From Octopus vulgaris (Eukaryota): a stretch of 64,000 nt of DNA. Shown here piece by piece: positions 1-13,744 of the stretch. Where the stretch lies: NCBI GenBank assembly GCA_951406725.2, contig OX597822.1, forward strand, positions 9,610,001 to 9,674,000. Direction: 5' to 3'. Both the position numbers and the translations under genes were made by a program. Every line of letters starts with the position of its first letter. Position 1 is the stretch's first letter. The notes beneath the pieces are model-generated. The model did no database searches and was not told where the DNA came from. It saw only the letters and a list, made by a program, of their open reading frames with translations.

Positions 1-540
1 TTAGTCATGAAGTTACAAAAAAATCTTCACTAGGGATAGTGACACAAGAAAAACCCCCATCCAGTACACTCTGGAGTGTAGAAGACACTTGCCCATGGGG
101 TTGTAAAGAGAACTTCTCAACTGCACAGACATGCTTGTGGCTTATAAAGTGTAAACCAGGAATCATTATTAGAAGAGAAAAGCTGCAGAGTGATAAAAGC
201 ATATAATTTGGATTAAAGGAGTATAACAGGAACACACACAAACACAGCAAAAATGTTCTGCATTCTTTCTTCAACGCTAAGTTGGAACCATTACTTACAA
301 ACCATTACAAAGTGGTGATATTAATAACGGGCATTAAAAGTTCTTCAATAGCATACCTCTAGGTGACTGAATTCCCAGTATGTTAGTGCAAATTTGCCTT
401 TACACTGACCCTAACACCCACAAGTATACATACACCATCCTTAAGTATATATTGAATACAAACCACTCTATACAGATACATTACAGAAACTATTCTACAC
501 ACACACCACATAAAATCCAACTACATCGAATTCACTCCAC

Positions 541-562
541 ATTTATATATATATATATACAC

Positions 563-595
<33 letters not shown>

Positions 596-1000
596 TTATA
601 TATATACATTTATATATATATATATATACACACATTTATATATATACATTTATATATATATATATATACACACATTTATATATATACATTTATATATATA
701 TATACATATACACACATTTATATATATATACATATACACACATTTATATATATATACATATACACACATTTATATATATATACATATACACACATTTATA
801 TATATATACACATTTATATATATATACACATTTATATATATATACATATACACATTTATATATATATACATATACACATTTATATATATATACATATACA
901 CATTTATATATATATACATATACACATTTATATATATACATTTACACATTTATATATATACATTTATATATATATATATATACATACACACACACACACA
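541..1000. repeat. Compound (TA)n/CACATTTA microsatellite-minisatellite
   Basis: Repeated CACACATTTATATATATATA-type units; explains ORFs 380..1009 and 744..941. Confidence 0.95.
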
Positions 1001-2816
1001 AATCACTAAACACAATCCACTACATATTCACAAACTACAAAGAATTCCCTACATATATATAAAAATCACTGCGCGCAAACACATACACACACACAAGTGC
1101 ATATTAAGTAGATTACTGCCAAACAGTATGAGAACAGGTGAGAAAATGCAGTAGAGTTTGCAAAGCCTGAAAGCCATCAGTCCTAATTTAACGGGTTTAT
1201 TTACCAATACTGATTGAAACCAATAAAGTGAAGATCACAGTAAGGTGGAGGAGTGGGGAGAAGAGAAAATCTTTTCAAAATGAACAGCAATGCTAGTAAT
1301 GAAATTGAAAGTCTTTGAAGCACATTTACATCATTATTGCTCAAACTAGCATTTGCTCCTCCTACGCCACCAGATTTTCTATACCCAACTTAATTATATT
1401 CCTTCTCCTTTAGCTGTTCCGTCTTTGCTTATATGAAAATAAATAAACAGCAAATATTTGCCTTTAAAATCCGAAGGTCAAGTGATCAAGTGCCTCCTAA
1501 GAAATTCAACTACCGACTAACAGGTTCATGGGAATTAATATCTGCAACAGACTCGTTGTTGCCTTTTGGCAAGACAATTCTCAAGTGACTCCTTGCCATC
1601 GAATTCTTAGTAGAATACATACCCATCTATTCTTAAGTCCTAAAACTGAGCTCAGAGATAGAAACAGTCCTATATAAAAGGTTCTATCTCCTCTTGAGCT
1701 ATAATTCTATCAAGAAAGTCTACCCCCCCTTGAAACTCCTGAGCACTGAGCTTATTGGATACTTGAAAGGAATGCTCAGGTAATATCACTATAGACCAGA
1801 TGGCATTGAATTCAAATCTTATTACATCCACTTTGTTGTACTAAACTTCATAAATGTCCCGGGATGGCAAAATGATCCTATGCTACTTTCTCATACAAAC
1901 ACTATACAAGCAATATACTAATACCTAACAATGTAGGGAACTGGAGTGACCAGGGGGACACAGTTCACAGAAAAGGTTGCAAACAACAACGAAAGAACTT
2001 TCACACAAACAACCAATACATTAAGCCTCTGCCAAATTTAATATTTACCCAAATTATTTTCAACTAATCATTTACCATCTCCTAGCTCTGAGATCTTGAT
2101 GATGATATTGTCTATTTTTTTAATTACATTGTAGGACAGGTGTGAAAGGCTGAATCTGGCCATTTTGAACATAAAACAAATATCTTGGCCGGATATGACC
2201 AGTTTAAATGCTAAAGGGTCAAACAGATGATTGATTAGTTAGATATTTTATCCTTTAGAACTCAGATTACTCTGTCAAATTTAATGCTTTTTTATTCACA
2301 TTGTTTTGAATTAATCATATATTGTCTCATTGTTTTGAGATTTCAATGATGTGGTTTGTTTCTTTTTAGAATGACACAATAAGTAAGTTTAAGAAGCTGG
2401 GTTTGGCCATTTTTACCAAAGTTGAACATTTGGATCAGGTACGGCCAATTTAAATGCTAAAAATTTAACCAACTGACTAATAATAATGAAGTAGGATCAA
2501 ACCTGTGCATGTGTTATTGGCATAATGACTCTCCAAGACAAAATAGGTTTCAACACACAATTTCATATCAAGAATCTTGCAGACTAAATACAAAAGCAAA
2601 ATTATTACTATCCAAATTCATATATAACTGTCCTAACCGTCAGAAAGCAAGTTAAAAAAAAAAACAGAAAATTTCCAGTAAAGAGATTTTAGTTTTGGCT
2701 CTGTACATGAACCAACAACACTGAATCAGTTTATCCAATATAACACGAAATCTTTTAGCTAAGGACTGCATCCACATATCAATTTGTTCACTCCACATTC
2801 TGCTCATCCAACGATG

Positions 2817-2855
<39 letters not shown>

Positions 2856-3407
2856 GAGAAATGGTTTAGAAATATTTACAATCCTTTAGCAAGGTTGATG
2901 GAATCTCATCTAAATTTATCAGTATGTTTATTAGGAGTAAGAACTCTTCTAAGAGAGTGAATAGAGTCAGCAAAATCTATTAATACCAAGTTTATTGCAA
3001 ACTGCCAAGCCTTACAAAGAAAACCTACTCAAACATTCAGTTAAGACTCAAGCCTGGCTTTTCACTTCAAGTAAAATATCAGCAAAAGATGTATAATCAC
3101 CTTAGATAATTAATTCACTTAGCAACACACACATCTTAAAAAGTAAAAGACAGCTTTGCTGGTCATTATAGATTCTTCCTTAATTTAACCGTTTGGCATT
3201 TAAATCCATCATATTCAGCCTGTTTAATGTTCAAACTTATCTAGATCTGGCCTTTCACACCTACAATGTCATTCTAAAAATAAACCATTCGGTCATTGAA
3301 ATCTCAAAGCCACAAAATGCTGCATAATTCAAAACAATGTACATAAGCATTACATTTAACAGGCTAACCAGAATGCCAGAGGGTTAAAAGCTCATTATCA
3401 TTTAACA

Positions 3408-3622
3408 GATTTCTTTATTGCTCACAAGGGGCTAAACATAGAGGGGACAAACAAGGACAAAGGGATTAAGTCAATTACATTGACCCCAGTGCGTAATTTA
3501 TCGACCCCGAAAGGATGAAAGGCAAAGTCAACCACGGCGGAATTTGAACTCAGAACAACGGCAGACGAAATACCGCTAAGCATTTCGCACAGCATGCTAA
3601 CGTTTCTGCCAGCTCGCCACCT
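3408..3622 (-). mobile_element. SINE family B (~230 bp; GGCGAGCTGGCAGAAACG head, CCTTTCATCCTTTCGGGGTCGATAAA core)
   Basis: Near-identical copies at 18028-18253(-), 29533-30007 (nested), 60177-60401(-) and 62955-63182(+); GTTCAAAT B-box-like motif; AATAAAGAAAT tail. Confidence 0.8.
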
Positions 3623-4016
3623 TGCAAATTAAATTATCATTTAACATCTGCCTTCCATGCTAGCATGGGTTGGACAGTTTGACAGGAACCATCCAGGCAG
3701 GGACCTGCACCAGACCTGTGTGTCTGTTTTTACGGCTGGATGCCCTTTCTAACACCAACCACATAGCATTTAATGATGAGCCACAACAAACTGATAGCTG
3801 CAAGCAAAACATGAGAAGCAGTATGAATTTCCCAATATCTTGGGAGAACCGGGCAACAGTGAATTTGCGTAGTTGTTAGATCATCAGATAGAATGCATAG
3901 CAGTTATCTGCTTCAATTCTCTGCATTCTTGGTTCAAATCTAGCCATGGTCAACTTTGCCTTCCATCCTTTCAAGGATTGATAGAACAAAGCACTTCTCT
4001 AGAACAATGAATTGTG

Positions 4017-4330
4017 AAAGTGTGTGGCTCAGTGGTTAGGGTGGTCAGCACATGATCATAAGGTCACGAGTTCGATTTCTGGTGGCACATTGTGTCCTTG
4101 AGCAAGACACTTCATTTCCCATTGCTCCAGTCCACTCAGCTGGCAAAACAGAGTAGTACCTGTAGTTCAAGGGATCAGCCTCATCACATTGTGTGTCATG
4201 CTGAGTCTCCCCGAGAACTACAAGAAGGGTACGTGTGTCTTTGGAGTGCACGTTAATTCTACAAACTGATTGTTCTGTTGATCAGATCAACTGGAACCCC
4301 TATTGTTATAACTGATAGTATGCCATGGAT
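4017..4330 (+). mobile_element. tRNA-derived SINE, family C
   Basis: A-box TGGCTCAGTGG, B-box GAGTTCGATT, then TGTGTCCTTGAGCAAGACACTT body. Confidence 0.7.
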
Positions 4331-5183
4331 TAGTAGAAGTGTAACAATATCAAACTCAATGAGCTACTGTATCTTTACTGGTTCTTTGCATCCAGAGTTC
4401 AAATCCTACCACGGTCTACTTGGGTGCAAGGCTTAACCTGTTGCCAAATTTAGCCCTACTACCTGACACTTTAGTGGAGCCCACTCTGCCGCACATGCAT
4501 TCAGGCCATCCCTTTGATTTAAGGATAACTGTCACCAATGGAAGCCCTGTATAAAGGGGTCATTGCAATGTAATTTTAATTCAAAAGTAATCAGTAATCC
4601 AAAACAGAACCTGAATACTCACAAAGGAAACTGATGATGTAGGGTTCATCATGCACATGTTTTGTGAACAAATTAATCTAATCTAACCTGACCCTAAGAT
4701 AACATGAATATTGTAAGATGACAACCAAGAGACAAAAGTATTGTATGCCTTACATCCTCATTTAGTAAATTTAAATTTAGAAAAAAAAAGAAAGCTTTGC
4801 CTTTTCACAGAAACAGGGTGTTTGCATTAATCGCCTACATTTAGATATTTTTTTCTTTAATCTCTTGGAGATAAAATTTTCTTATTTGTATTACAGATAT
4901 GCAGGTTTCCAGAAATCCTGCTCAACAGACATAGTAAATGATTTGAATGAGATGACTTGATTAATTTACATTAAAATCTGCCAAAGATGCAAATTCAGTT
5001 ACAATGCTTGCTGCATAGCTAAATGGTTAATGTAGGAAAGAACATTGAAATTACTTCCATTAGTTATGCAAATGCCTTATATTTTCCAAGCCATTTAAAC
5101 ATGTAATGCTTACAGTTCCTCACATAACACACACACACACAGAAGACAGATTTGCAGAAGCATGGATTTTATAGTATAATATA

Positions 5184-5335
5184 CTAGCCGTATCGCCCGG
5201 CATTGCTCGGGTTTGTAAGGGAAATAACTATATAAGCATTTTTAGAGAGTTACTTCCCTAATATAAAACCGAGTAAAAAATGCATTAAAAAAGCGAAAAA
5301 ATGATGGTAAATTTTTTTTTAAATCGTAGACTCAT
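5184..5335 (-). mobile_element. Non-autonomous Helitron, 3' fragment
   Basis: Same 3' hairpin and CTAG end as the copy at 19695-20075. Confidence 0.75.
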
Positions 5336-5867
5336 ATATATAAGAGGGGTGTGTGTGTGTGTGTGTGTATTAGTTCCAGATGTGATATTAAGACCATGAC
5401 TGTGCTCAAGTTTGATCTTTTTAGTGTTTTGCTGAACCACTAAGTCATGGGGGTATAAACACACCAACATCAGTAGTGGAAAACAAACAGACATATATGC
5501 ACATATGTGCATACACACACACACACACAAGCTTCTTTTAGTTTCTGCCCTACTAAATCCATTCACAAGGCTTTGGTTGGTCCAAGACTATAGTAGAAGA
5601 CACTTACTCAAAGTGTCACACCGTGGAACTGAACCCTTAATCATGTGGTTGGGAAGGAAGCTATTTACCACTCAGCCACAACTGCGCCAAGTCTTGCTTG
5701 TTTTTAGTTCTCTTTATAATTACTTCTGGGTTGTTTGGAGTTGGTTGGAAAGGGAAATGATTAACTTGCTTGGAAACTGGTGGCAGTAACATCTGGTAGG
5801 GCATCCAGCTGTACAAAACTGACCCATGCAACCATGGAAAAGTAGATGTTAAAACAACAAAGATATA

Positions 5868-6245
5868 AGTGTGGCTGTGTGGTAAGAAGCTTGCTTCCCA
5901 ACCACATGGTTATGGGTTCAATCCCACTGCATGGCATCTTAGGCAAGTGTCTTTTACTACAGCCTTGGGCCAACCAAAGCCTTGTGAGTGGATTTGGTAG
6001 ACAGAAACTGAAAGAAGCTTGTCCTCTGTGTGTGTGTGTGTCCACCCCACCTGCCCAATCACTGCTTGACAAGTGGTGGAGTTTTTATATCCCCATAACT
6101 TAGCAGCTCAGCAAAAGAGACTAATAGAATAAGTACTAGGCTTAAAAAAAAAAAAAAAAGTCCTGGGGTTGATTTGCTTGACTAAAACCCTTCAAAGTGG
6201 TGCTCCAGCATGGCTGCAGTCAGATGACTGAAACAAGTAAAAGAA
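5868..6245 (+). mobile_element. tRNA-derived SINE family A (diverged copy)
   Basis: TGGCTGTGTGGTAAG A-box, GGTTCAATCCC B-box, internal (TG)n, GACTGAAACAAGTAAAAGA tail. Confidence 0.8.
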
Positions 6246-9200
6246 TATAGTCCATTTGTAGCTAGTGCTTCAGAGCCACTAAAACTAATGTTCTCTGTTG
6301 CTTACTATCTTACAAAATAACTGATAGTAACTCTAACCTGGTGGCCACTAACAACTTGGTGTAAGGAACCGAGATCTGTGTGTGTGTATGTGTGTGTGTG
6401 TGTGTGTTAAATTGCTTACAGCAAATACATCTGCTTCATCGATAATATTTTAGCTTTGAGCAAAATCCAATTAGAAAAAATATAAAAGCAAATGTCTGAA
6501 TTTGAATTAAAAAAACAGAAACTTAATTAAATCTAAAGACTAAATTTTATTAGAACTTTCATTTGCTTTAAAAATAAGCGATCTTTAGAGAAGTGTTAAA
6601 GAAATGACAAATTTCAACTTTATGCTTCCAGTATTGTCTCCCTATCAACTAATAAAAAAATTTTTTAAATATGAATTTGCAATCACAAGATCATAGCCAT
6701 TATTACTATGACAATTTTCAACACTAACAGAGAATGGATAATTCTACAGTACAACAGACCACCAAACACTATTTCTGGCAGTTTCCTTGAACTCTAGTTT
6801 TCATTTATTTAATCTTAAATGCTAATTTGTAAAAGGTAGCACCAGTAATTACAGGTAGCCACCAACAGGCCAATCACTGGTTCACTGTATTTCTTACAGT
6901 CAAAGTTTCAAGAATGGTGTTTGTAACCCATGCAAAACAAATATTACAAGAGACATAGAAGGCCACTGTTCTATATTGTCTATAGTTCAACAGCAGCTGA
7001 TGAAATGAACAATCTCCAAAACATCTAGATGTATTGTGAGATACCTTGTGGTGTGTATTCCAGATTTTCTACATGTGGGTGTTCTGCGGTGTTTTTTCTA
7101 ATTCATAGAGCCATGTAGTTAAAGTACTGATAACCGATTTAGTTGCAGTGCACTCTAGGTAATTAACACTTGCGATGCCAATTCACCCAAGATGACTTGT
7201 TTCCATGATACAAGCTTCCCTTTTAAGAGGTAAACTTCCATCAAAATTTCAGCTTAATAATGGCAAAATTCTTCAGTAGTTTCAAAAAAAGCAATGTAAT
7301 TCAACAAAAATACAATAAATGACTTAATCCTTTAGCATTCAGATTTCTGTCAAATATAATGCTTATTCATGGTTTTGAATTAATCATACATTATTTCATA
7401 GCTTCAAGATTTTGAAGTGATTATTTTTAGACTGCCAGGCTCCAGTCTGATCTGGCAGTGTTTCTACAGCTGGATGCCCTTCCTAATGCCAACCACCCAC
7501 TACACTCATGGAGTGGCTGGCGTTAGGAAGGGCATCCAGCTGTAGAAACACTGCCAGATCAGACTGGAGCCTAGTGCAGCCTCCTGGCTTCCCAGATCCT
7601 GGTCGAACCGTCCAACCCATGCTAGCATGGAGAACGGACGTTAAATGATGATGATGACGACATTGTAGCAAAGGTGTTAGAAGCCAGATGCAGTCAGTTT
7701 GAACTTATAAAACAAGAATATTTTGGCCAGATATGGCTGGTTTAAATGCTAAAGAATTAATTATGGTAGAAGAGGTTGCTTAGTGAGAGTCAACTTGAAA
7801 CCAGGTGGCTGCAAAGCAAACCCCTTAATACAGTGATACCTGTGGCCACCAATTCTTATACTCTTGCCTCACACTCAGTCACCCATGTTTACATTCTACA
7901 AAAACATTTCTCCTGATAGTCAGCTATTTCTTCAACCCAACCACTTTTGTTGTAGCCAACTTGCATCTGTCATAGCAAATGTATCATGTAAAAAGAATCC
8001 AGACCACACTGTGGAGCGGTTAGCATTTGGAAGGTATCTAGCTGAAAAAACCATGCCAAAACTGATCTTGCCTGTGTTGGTGCCACATAAAAAGCACCCA
8101 GTCCACTCTATGGGGTGGTAGAGTCAAGAAGCGCATCCAGTCATAAAAAACCATTCCAAAACTCACCTCGCCGGTACCGGTGCCATATAAAAAGCACTCC
8201 GTCCACTCTACAGGGTGGTTGGTGTTAGGAAGGACATCCAGCCACAAAAACCATGCCAAAACAGACACAGTAGCCTGGTGTAGTCTTCTAACTGGCTGGG
8301 TCCTGTCAAATCATCTAAACCCTGCCAGCATGGAAGACGGACATTAAATGATGATGGTAATATCATCAATTATTGTGGCATTGATCCATCTTTATACCAA
8401 CACTCATCCACACTTAATCCTACCGTTAATGTATTTCTAGCCAAAATAGATAACCTCCTTGACAATGTGCTTCAATTTAATTCAAAAGAAATCAAAAACT
8501 TCAACTGGTTTTGTAAAACGACACCCTTTTTTTTTTTTTTTTTTTTTTTACTTATTCACATATAAAACATGGCTTCTGGAATTTATCTTAAGAGGCTTTT
8601 GAATCTATATGATTTTTGTCTGAAAACGTATCCAATTACAGGTAGATACAGTAAAAACGGTAACAGATTTTGCTTAAATAACTCCATATAAAATTAGTTG
8701 TCAGCTAATATTCAGCTGGGTATACAACAAAACAGTAATATAGAAGAATCACACACATTATTGGATTTTTAATTGAACATAAATGCATATAAAACAGGTG
8801 CATCATAAAAGATAGCTCAAAATACTGGAATTTATGTCTGAGGGAAATACAAAACAAAATCAATTTATACATACATACATACATACATACATACATACAA
8901 TACATATACACTGATTCACTAATATAATTAATCAAAATTTGTCATCCACCTTACAGGTAAATTGAAATTACAAATAAAATTAAAAACTGAAAACATAGTA
9001 AGCTTGAAAAAGTATTTTATAAAATCAAATTATATATACACAAATTAAGCAATATTTCTGTCATAGAAACTTGTATTAAATCTCACTACATAACACAACC
9101 TTGAAAGCACAAAGTTATTGGCATTTTCAACACAGTTTGAGATTTTTTTTTTTTAAACATTTTTTAATTTTGTTTTCCTTTTATGGGAGATTGGCTGAAT

Positions 9201-9746
9201 TCAAAAAGATAAATCCTTCTGAAAGGCCTTCCTTTCCCACTAATTTTTTTCAATGAACTGCTGGATCTCAACTACATTACAACATCCAATTGGAACTATA
9301 GATGGTCACATTGCTTTTGAGCCTCTCACTATGGGAAATATAGTAAGCACATTCACCTATGCACCTTTGTGTGCGTGTGCATTTTACATTTTATTACACT
9401 TGCCACAGAAGAGAAGAGGGTATCTTCACCTTGAAATCTTTGCCATTTGGTACGGTGCCTAGTCCTCTCCTTCACGAAGTCCAATTCCCCTAAGATCCAT
9501 CTTTAGCACTTCTAACCTCATCTTCTCCAGTCTCAGTTCCTTCCACATGGACCACTCAGCTGTCACCCCCACCCTCCCACATGAATCATTTACCTGAGAC
9601 CTGAACAGTCTCCTCTGTAGCACACTAACATGAATGTGAAGACAGACAACAGAGTGAAAGACAATGCAAGTACAGGAAGCGAAGGAGAGAGAGAGAGAGA
9701 GAGACAAAGGTAACCAAGGGAGCAAAAAAGGAAGTTATCTACTCAC

Positions 9747-9887
9747 CGCCCAGACTTTCATTTTTAAGTCATCAATTTCTGCATCGAGGAGAGATTCTTC
9801 TTGTTGGGTATATTGATTCATTTGCGGGGTATCTTCATTTAGCAGAATATAGGGTGGAATACTCAAGATATTCTTTGAAACATAAGA
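9747..9887 (-). CDS. MIS12: Mis12 coding exon 4 (SYVSKNILSIPPYILLNEDTPQMNQYTQQEESLLDAEIDDLKMKVWA); the CDS continues beyond it
   Basis: 141 nt with TTTTTCAG acceptor and GTGAGT donor, phase 0/0. ILSIPPYILLNED matches the Mis12 motif ILRIPSNILLPED and is followed by a coiled-coil-like segment. Confidence 0.92.
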
Positions 9888-10004
9888 CTGAAAAACAATT
9901 AACATTCCATGAATGTGGAGTCAAGATGAGAAAGCTGGAGGCAAAAACGCCACCAGGGATCTGTAACAAAACCGAGATCAAATGACACAGACAAGAATAT
10001 GAAT

Positions 10005-10862
10005 TAGCCCCTTAGCTTTCAGATTCGTCAATTTCCTTTTTTTTTTTGTTTTGTTTCTTTTACCCTTTTACTGGTTTCAGTCATTTGACTGCAGCCATGC
10101 TGGAGCACCACCTTTTAGTCAGATAAATCGACCCCAGGACATTTTTTGTAAGGCTGGTACTCATTCTATCAGGGACATAAACACACCAACATTGGGGTCA
10201 AGCACAGACACAGAGATACGCACACACACACACATACAACAGGTTTCTTTCAGTTCCTGTCTACAAAATACACACACAAGGCCTTGGTCGACCTGAGGCT
10301 ATAGTAGAAGACACTTGCACAAGGCGCCAAACAATGGGACTGAACCCAAAACCATGTGGTTGAGAAGCAAGCTTCTTACCACACAGCCTATATTCATTCA
10401 CATTGTTTTGTATTAATTATGCATTAGTTTCTAGCTTCAAGGTTTCGGTGGGGTGTTCAAGAATGCTAGTGGCACATAAGAGCATTGGGCCTCAGGAAGG
10501 CAGTAACAGGTGACCAAGATCTTTGGCAATATACCTTGCTTGTGTAGACCTGTCAAGCAGAGACCATAGTTATGGCTGATGGCACATAAAAATCACCCAC
10601 TACACTCTCCGAGTGGTTGGTGTTAGGAAGGGCATCCAGCCACAGAAACTTGGCCAAATCAGATCAGAACATGGTGCACCTGCCGCCCAGGCTCACCAGT
10701 TTTCAGTCAAACCGGCCAACCCCTGCCAACATGGAAAGCAGACGTTAAATGGTGATGATGATGACACTGTAGGGAACACACAAGAGGTCGGATCTGTCAG
10801 TTTGAGCATAAAACACAGAATATTAGGGCAGGTTATGGCCAGTTTAAATGCTAAAGGGTCTA
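10005..10862 (+). mobile_element. piggyBac-like MITE family 2 split by nested SINE A (~10062-10390,-) and RTE-tail (~10460-10764,+) insertions
   Basis: Start CCCTTAGCTTTCAGATT, middle TATTCACATTGTTTTG and end TAAATGCTAAAGGG are colinear with the intact copy at 34984-35213. Confidence 0.65.
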
Positions 10863-10889
10863 AAATAGACAGAAAAACAAAATGGGAAC

Positions 10890-11410
10890 ATGAGTGGCAG
10901 TGTGGTAAGTAGCTTGCTAACCAACCACATGGTTCCGGGTTCAGTCCCACAGCGTGGCATCTTGGGCAAGTGTCTTCTGCTATAGCCCCGGGCCGACCAA
11001 TGCCTTGTGAGTGGATTTGGTAGACGGAAACTGAAAGAAGCCTGTCGTATATATATATTGCCAGATCTGACTGGCCTGGTGCAGCCTTCGGGCTTGCCAG
11101 ACCCCAGTTGAACCGTCCAACCCATGCTAGCATGGAAAGTGGACGTTAAACGATGATGATGATGATGATGATGATGTATGTGTGTGTGTTTGTGCGTCTG
11201 TGTTTGTCCCCCTAGCATTGCTTGACAACCGATGCTGGTGTGTTTACGTCCCCGTCACTTAGCGGTTCGGCAAAAAGAGACCGATAGAATAAGTACTGGG
11301 CTTACAAAAAGAATAAGTCCCGGGGTCGATTTGCTCGACTAAAGGCGGTGCTCCAGCATGGCCGCAGTCAAATGACTGAAACAAGTAAAAGAGTAAAGAG
11401 TAAAAGAGAG
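10890..11410 (+). mobile_element. SINE A with an RTE 3' tail inserted in its central microsatellite
   Basis: SINE A halves flank TTGCCAGATCTGACTGG...(GAT)n at ~11058-11176. Confidence 0.85.
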
Positions 11411-13347
11411 AATGTTCTGCGTTAAACAATTCGTTCCTAAAATAATAATAATCTAACAGTTTTGTTCCCTTGCAAAACTTGTGACCAAGTGTAATTATCT
11501 CCCTAAATATAACTAACAAAACGAGTTTGTAAATTCTCTTACTATATTCAGGTATAACCCCACCACCCCGTCGGATCAGTTAGAATTGTTTCACTTTTGG
11601 GAATAATAAAACATTCTATTCATAATCACAAACACGGTTTTTCTGTTTGTCGTATATTTTCTTAGATTTTTCTGTCTTTCAAAAATACTTCAACTTCTAA
11701 CTTGCTACTGGACAACATGAAACTGGTAACCAGTTTTCGTCACCGCAACCGTTTTTTATCCCCCCCCCCACCTCCTCCTACAGAAACCCACTTTTCCGGC
11801 TACAGAAATTCTGAATCTGTAAAAAAACATTGGCATTTAAAAATTTCTATTTCCCTCAGTAATTGCTTCAACTGAAAAAACGACTTTTTTTTTTTACATT
11901 CCAATTTTTCAAAGAGGAAAAAAAAAAGCATATCTCGACCATGTGGTAGTTGATGTCAGAAATCATATGGGGTAAATACAGAACCGCAGTATAATATAAC
12001 TAGAGAACTCAAAAATTATTTATACCTATAGATAGATGGAATGTATATGTAGGAAATGTATGTATATGTTAATGTCTATGAGTAGATTTATTGGTAAGTA
12101 CATGACTTTCTTGCTTATATACTGATCTGTGTATTTCTACTGATGAATGCTGAGCAATTTTTATTGCAAAGCATGAAATCTTGAGGAACAGAATTATTCG
12201 AAATTTAGTAAATTTCGGCCTGTGGTTTATATAGAGAGAACAAATTTAGAGTGGATCATAGGTACCTGACATCTACTTCTAGTAAGGGTTTGTATAAATT
12301 TTCATAAACAGATACCCATCTCCCTGAAAGTTATAAGGGGAAAAAAAGTCAGATCATGTGAATTTTCCAAAACTCCTCTCTCCACCCCCTCAGAAAAATT
12401 CTTTCTCTTAAATCACTATATACTCTGAAGCCACAACATCTAAGCGGTATTTGTAGAAAATTTTGTTAAAAAGTATAAATTTTTTTGGATGTCATGAGGC
12501 AACAAAGTCGGGGACATATACATCTGTAGCAATGCCCTTTTATTTATACGATTTTTCTCATTTCATGCTTATTCCATTCATTGTTTGCAATGTTCTCCCC
12601 ACCACACACACACTGCAAAGCTTACAGAAGAGCTGCTGAACTGAAATCTCTATGTTGCTTTGCGGGGAAGGTAAAACTTGACAAACTCTTCTCCCAATGT
12701 TGTTGGACTACTGTGATGTTTGTTTAAAAAAAGAGAGACTATGACTGTGATGATATAAGTTGAACTTCAGATGAGGTTTCAAAAGGAAGTGATGATCAAT
12801 ACCCATCATAGCAACAGATACCCCTAACAGACATCTCACTTGCCTTATTCAACCAATGAAACCAAAATGGCATGCCAACCACATAATACACTAAAATGTA
12901 GATCTTCTCCTGACTGACAGGGCAGAAAGCAGGGTTACAGATAAGGGAGTGGAGGTCATCTGGCAATGCCTTAACTGCTTTTACAAATATCTCAAATACC
13001 TTCACCACTCACCATCAGTAAATACTAAAAACAATGAACCAGCCAAATTCTGTTAAATCACTGCTGGTAGTCTTAAAACAGAAAGCACACATTGGATAGT
13101 GTTGTTGAATATTAAAAAGATATGATGGCTAGAATATTCTTGATTATATTATATTTTCCTGATCAGGGCTGAGCTGGAGGGATAAACAGCTAAAGCTGTA
13201 ATAAACCAACAGGGAACCAGAAGGTAGTCAATCTACCTGATAGAAACAATAGCCAAATCTCTCTTCAATCACACATTGTTCTCAAAAAGAAAGGAAGGAC
13301 AAGATGGTTATGGCTGTGGGAACCTTGGGTTAAACAGTATAAATAGG

Positions 13348-13744
13348 TGCAGGAGTGGCTGTGTGGTAAGTAGCTTGCTAACCAACCACATGGTTCCGGG
13401 TTCAGTCCCACTGCGTGGCATCTTGGGCAAGTGTCTTCTGCTATAGCCCCGGGCCAACCAAAACCCTGTGAGTGGATTTGGTAGACGGAAACTGAAAGAA
13501 GCCTGTTGTATATATGTATATATATATGTGTGTGTTTGTGTGTCTGTGTTTGTCCCCCTAGCATTGCCTGACAATCGATGCTGGTGTGTTTATGTCCGCG
13601 TCACTTAGCGGTTCGGCAAAAGAGACCGATAGAATAAGCTCTGGGCTTACAAAGAATAAGTCCCGGGGTCGATTTGCTCGACGAAAGGCGGTGCTCCAGC
13701 ATGGCCGCAGTCCAATGACTTAAACAAGTAAAAGAGTAAAGAGT
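13348..13744 (+). mobile_element. tRNA-derived SINE family A, full-length young copy
   Basis: GCAGGAGTGGCTGTGTGGTAAG head, GGTTCAGTCCC B-box, (TA/TG)n centre, AAAGAGTAAAGAG tail; about 18 related copies in the window. Confidence 0.9.

Noticed and set aside
380-1009. 209-aa ORF and similar H/T/Y/I or MYVC ORFs (17.1-17.7, 59.6-59.9, 63.4-63.7 kb)
   Set aside because: These are microsatellite translations.
8700-8860. Next Mis12 exon after the strong minus-strand acceptor at ~8838
   Set aside because: Phase-0 reading gives an immediate stop (ACA TAA) and no Mis12-like sequence; it could only be an alternative terminal exon, which is unsupported.
9888-9962. Upstream alternative acceptor for exon 4
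   Set aside because: It adds 73 nt and shifts the frame; no other support.
13265-13574. Recurrent ORFs RLPNPLTRLWSARGYSRRHLPK / FYLFQSFDCGHAGAPP
   Set aside because: These are antisense readings of SINE A, not a gene family.
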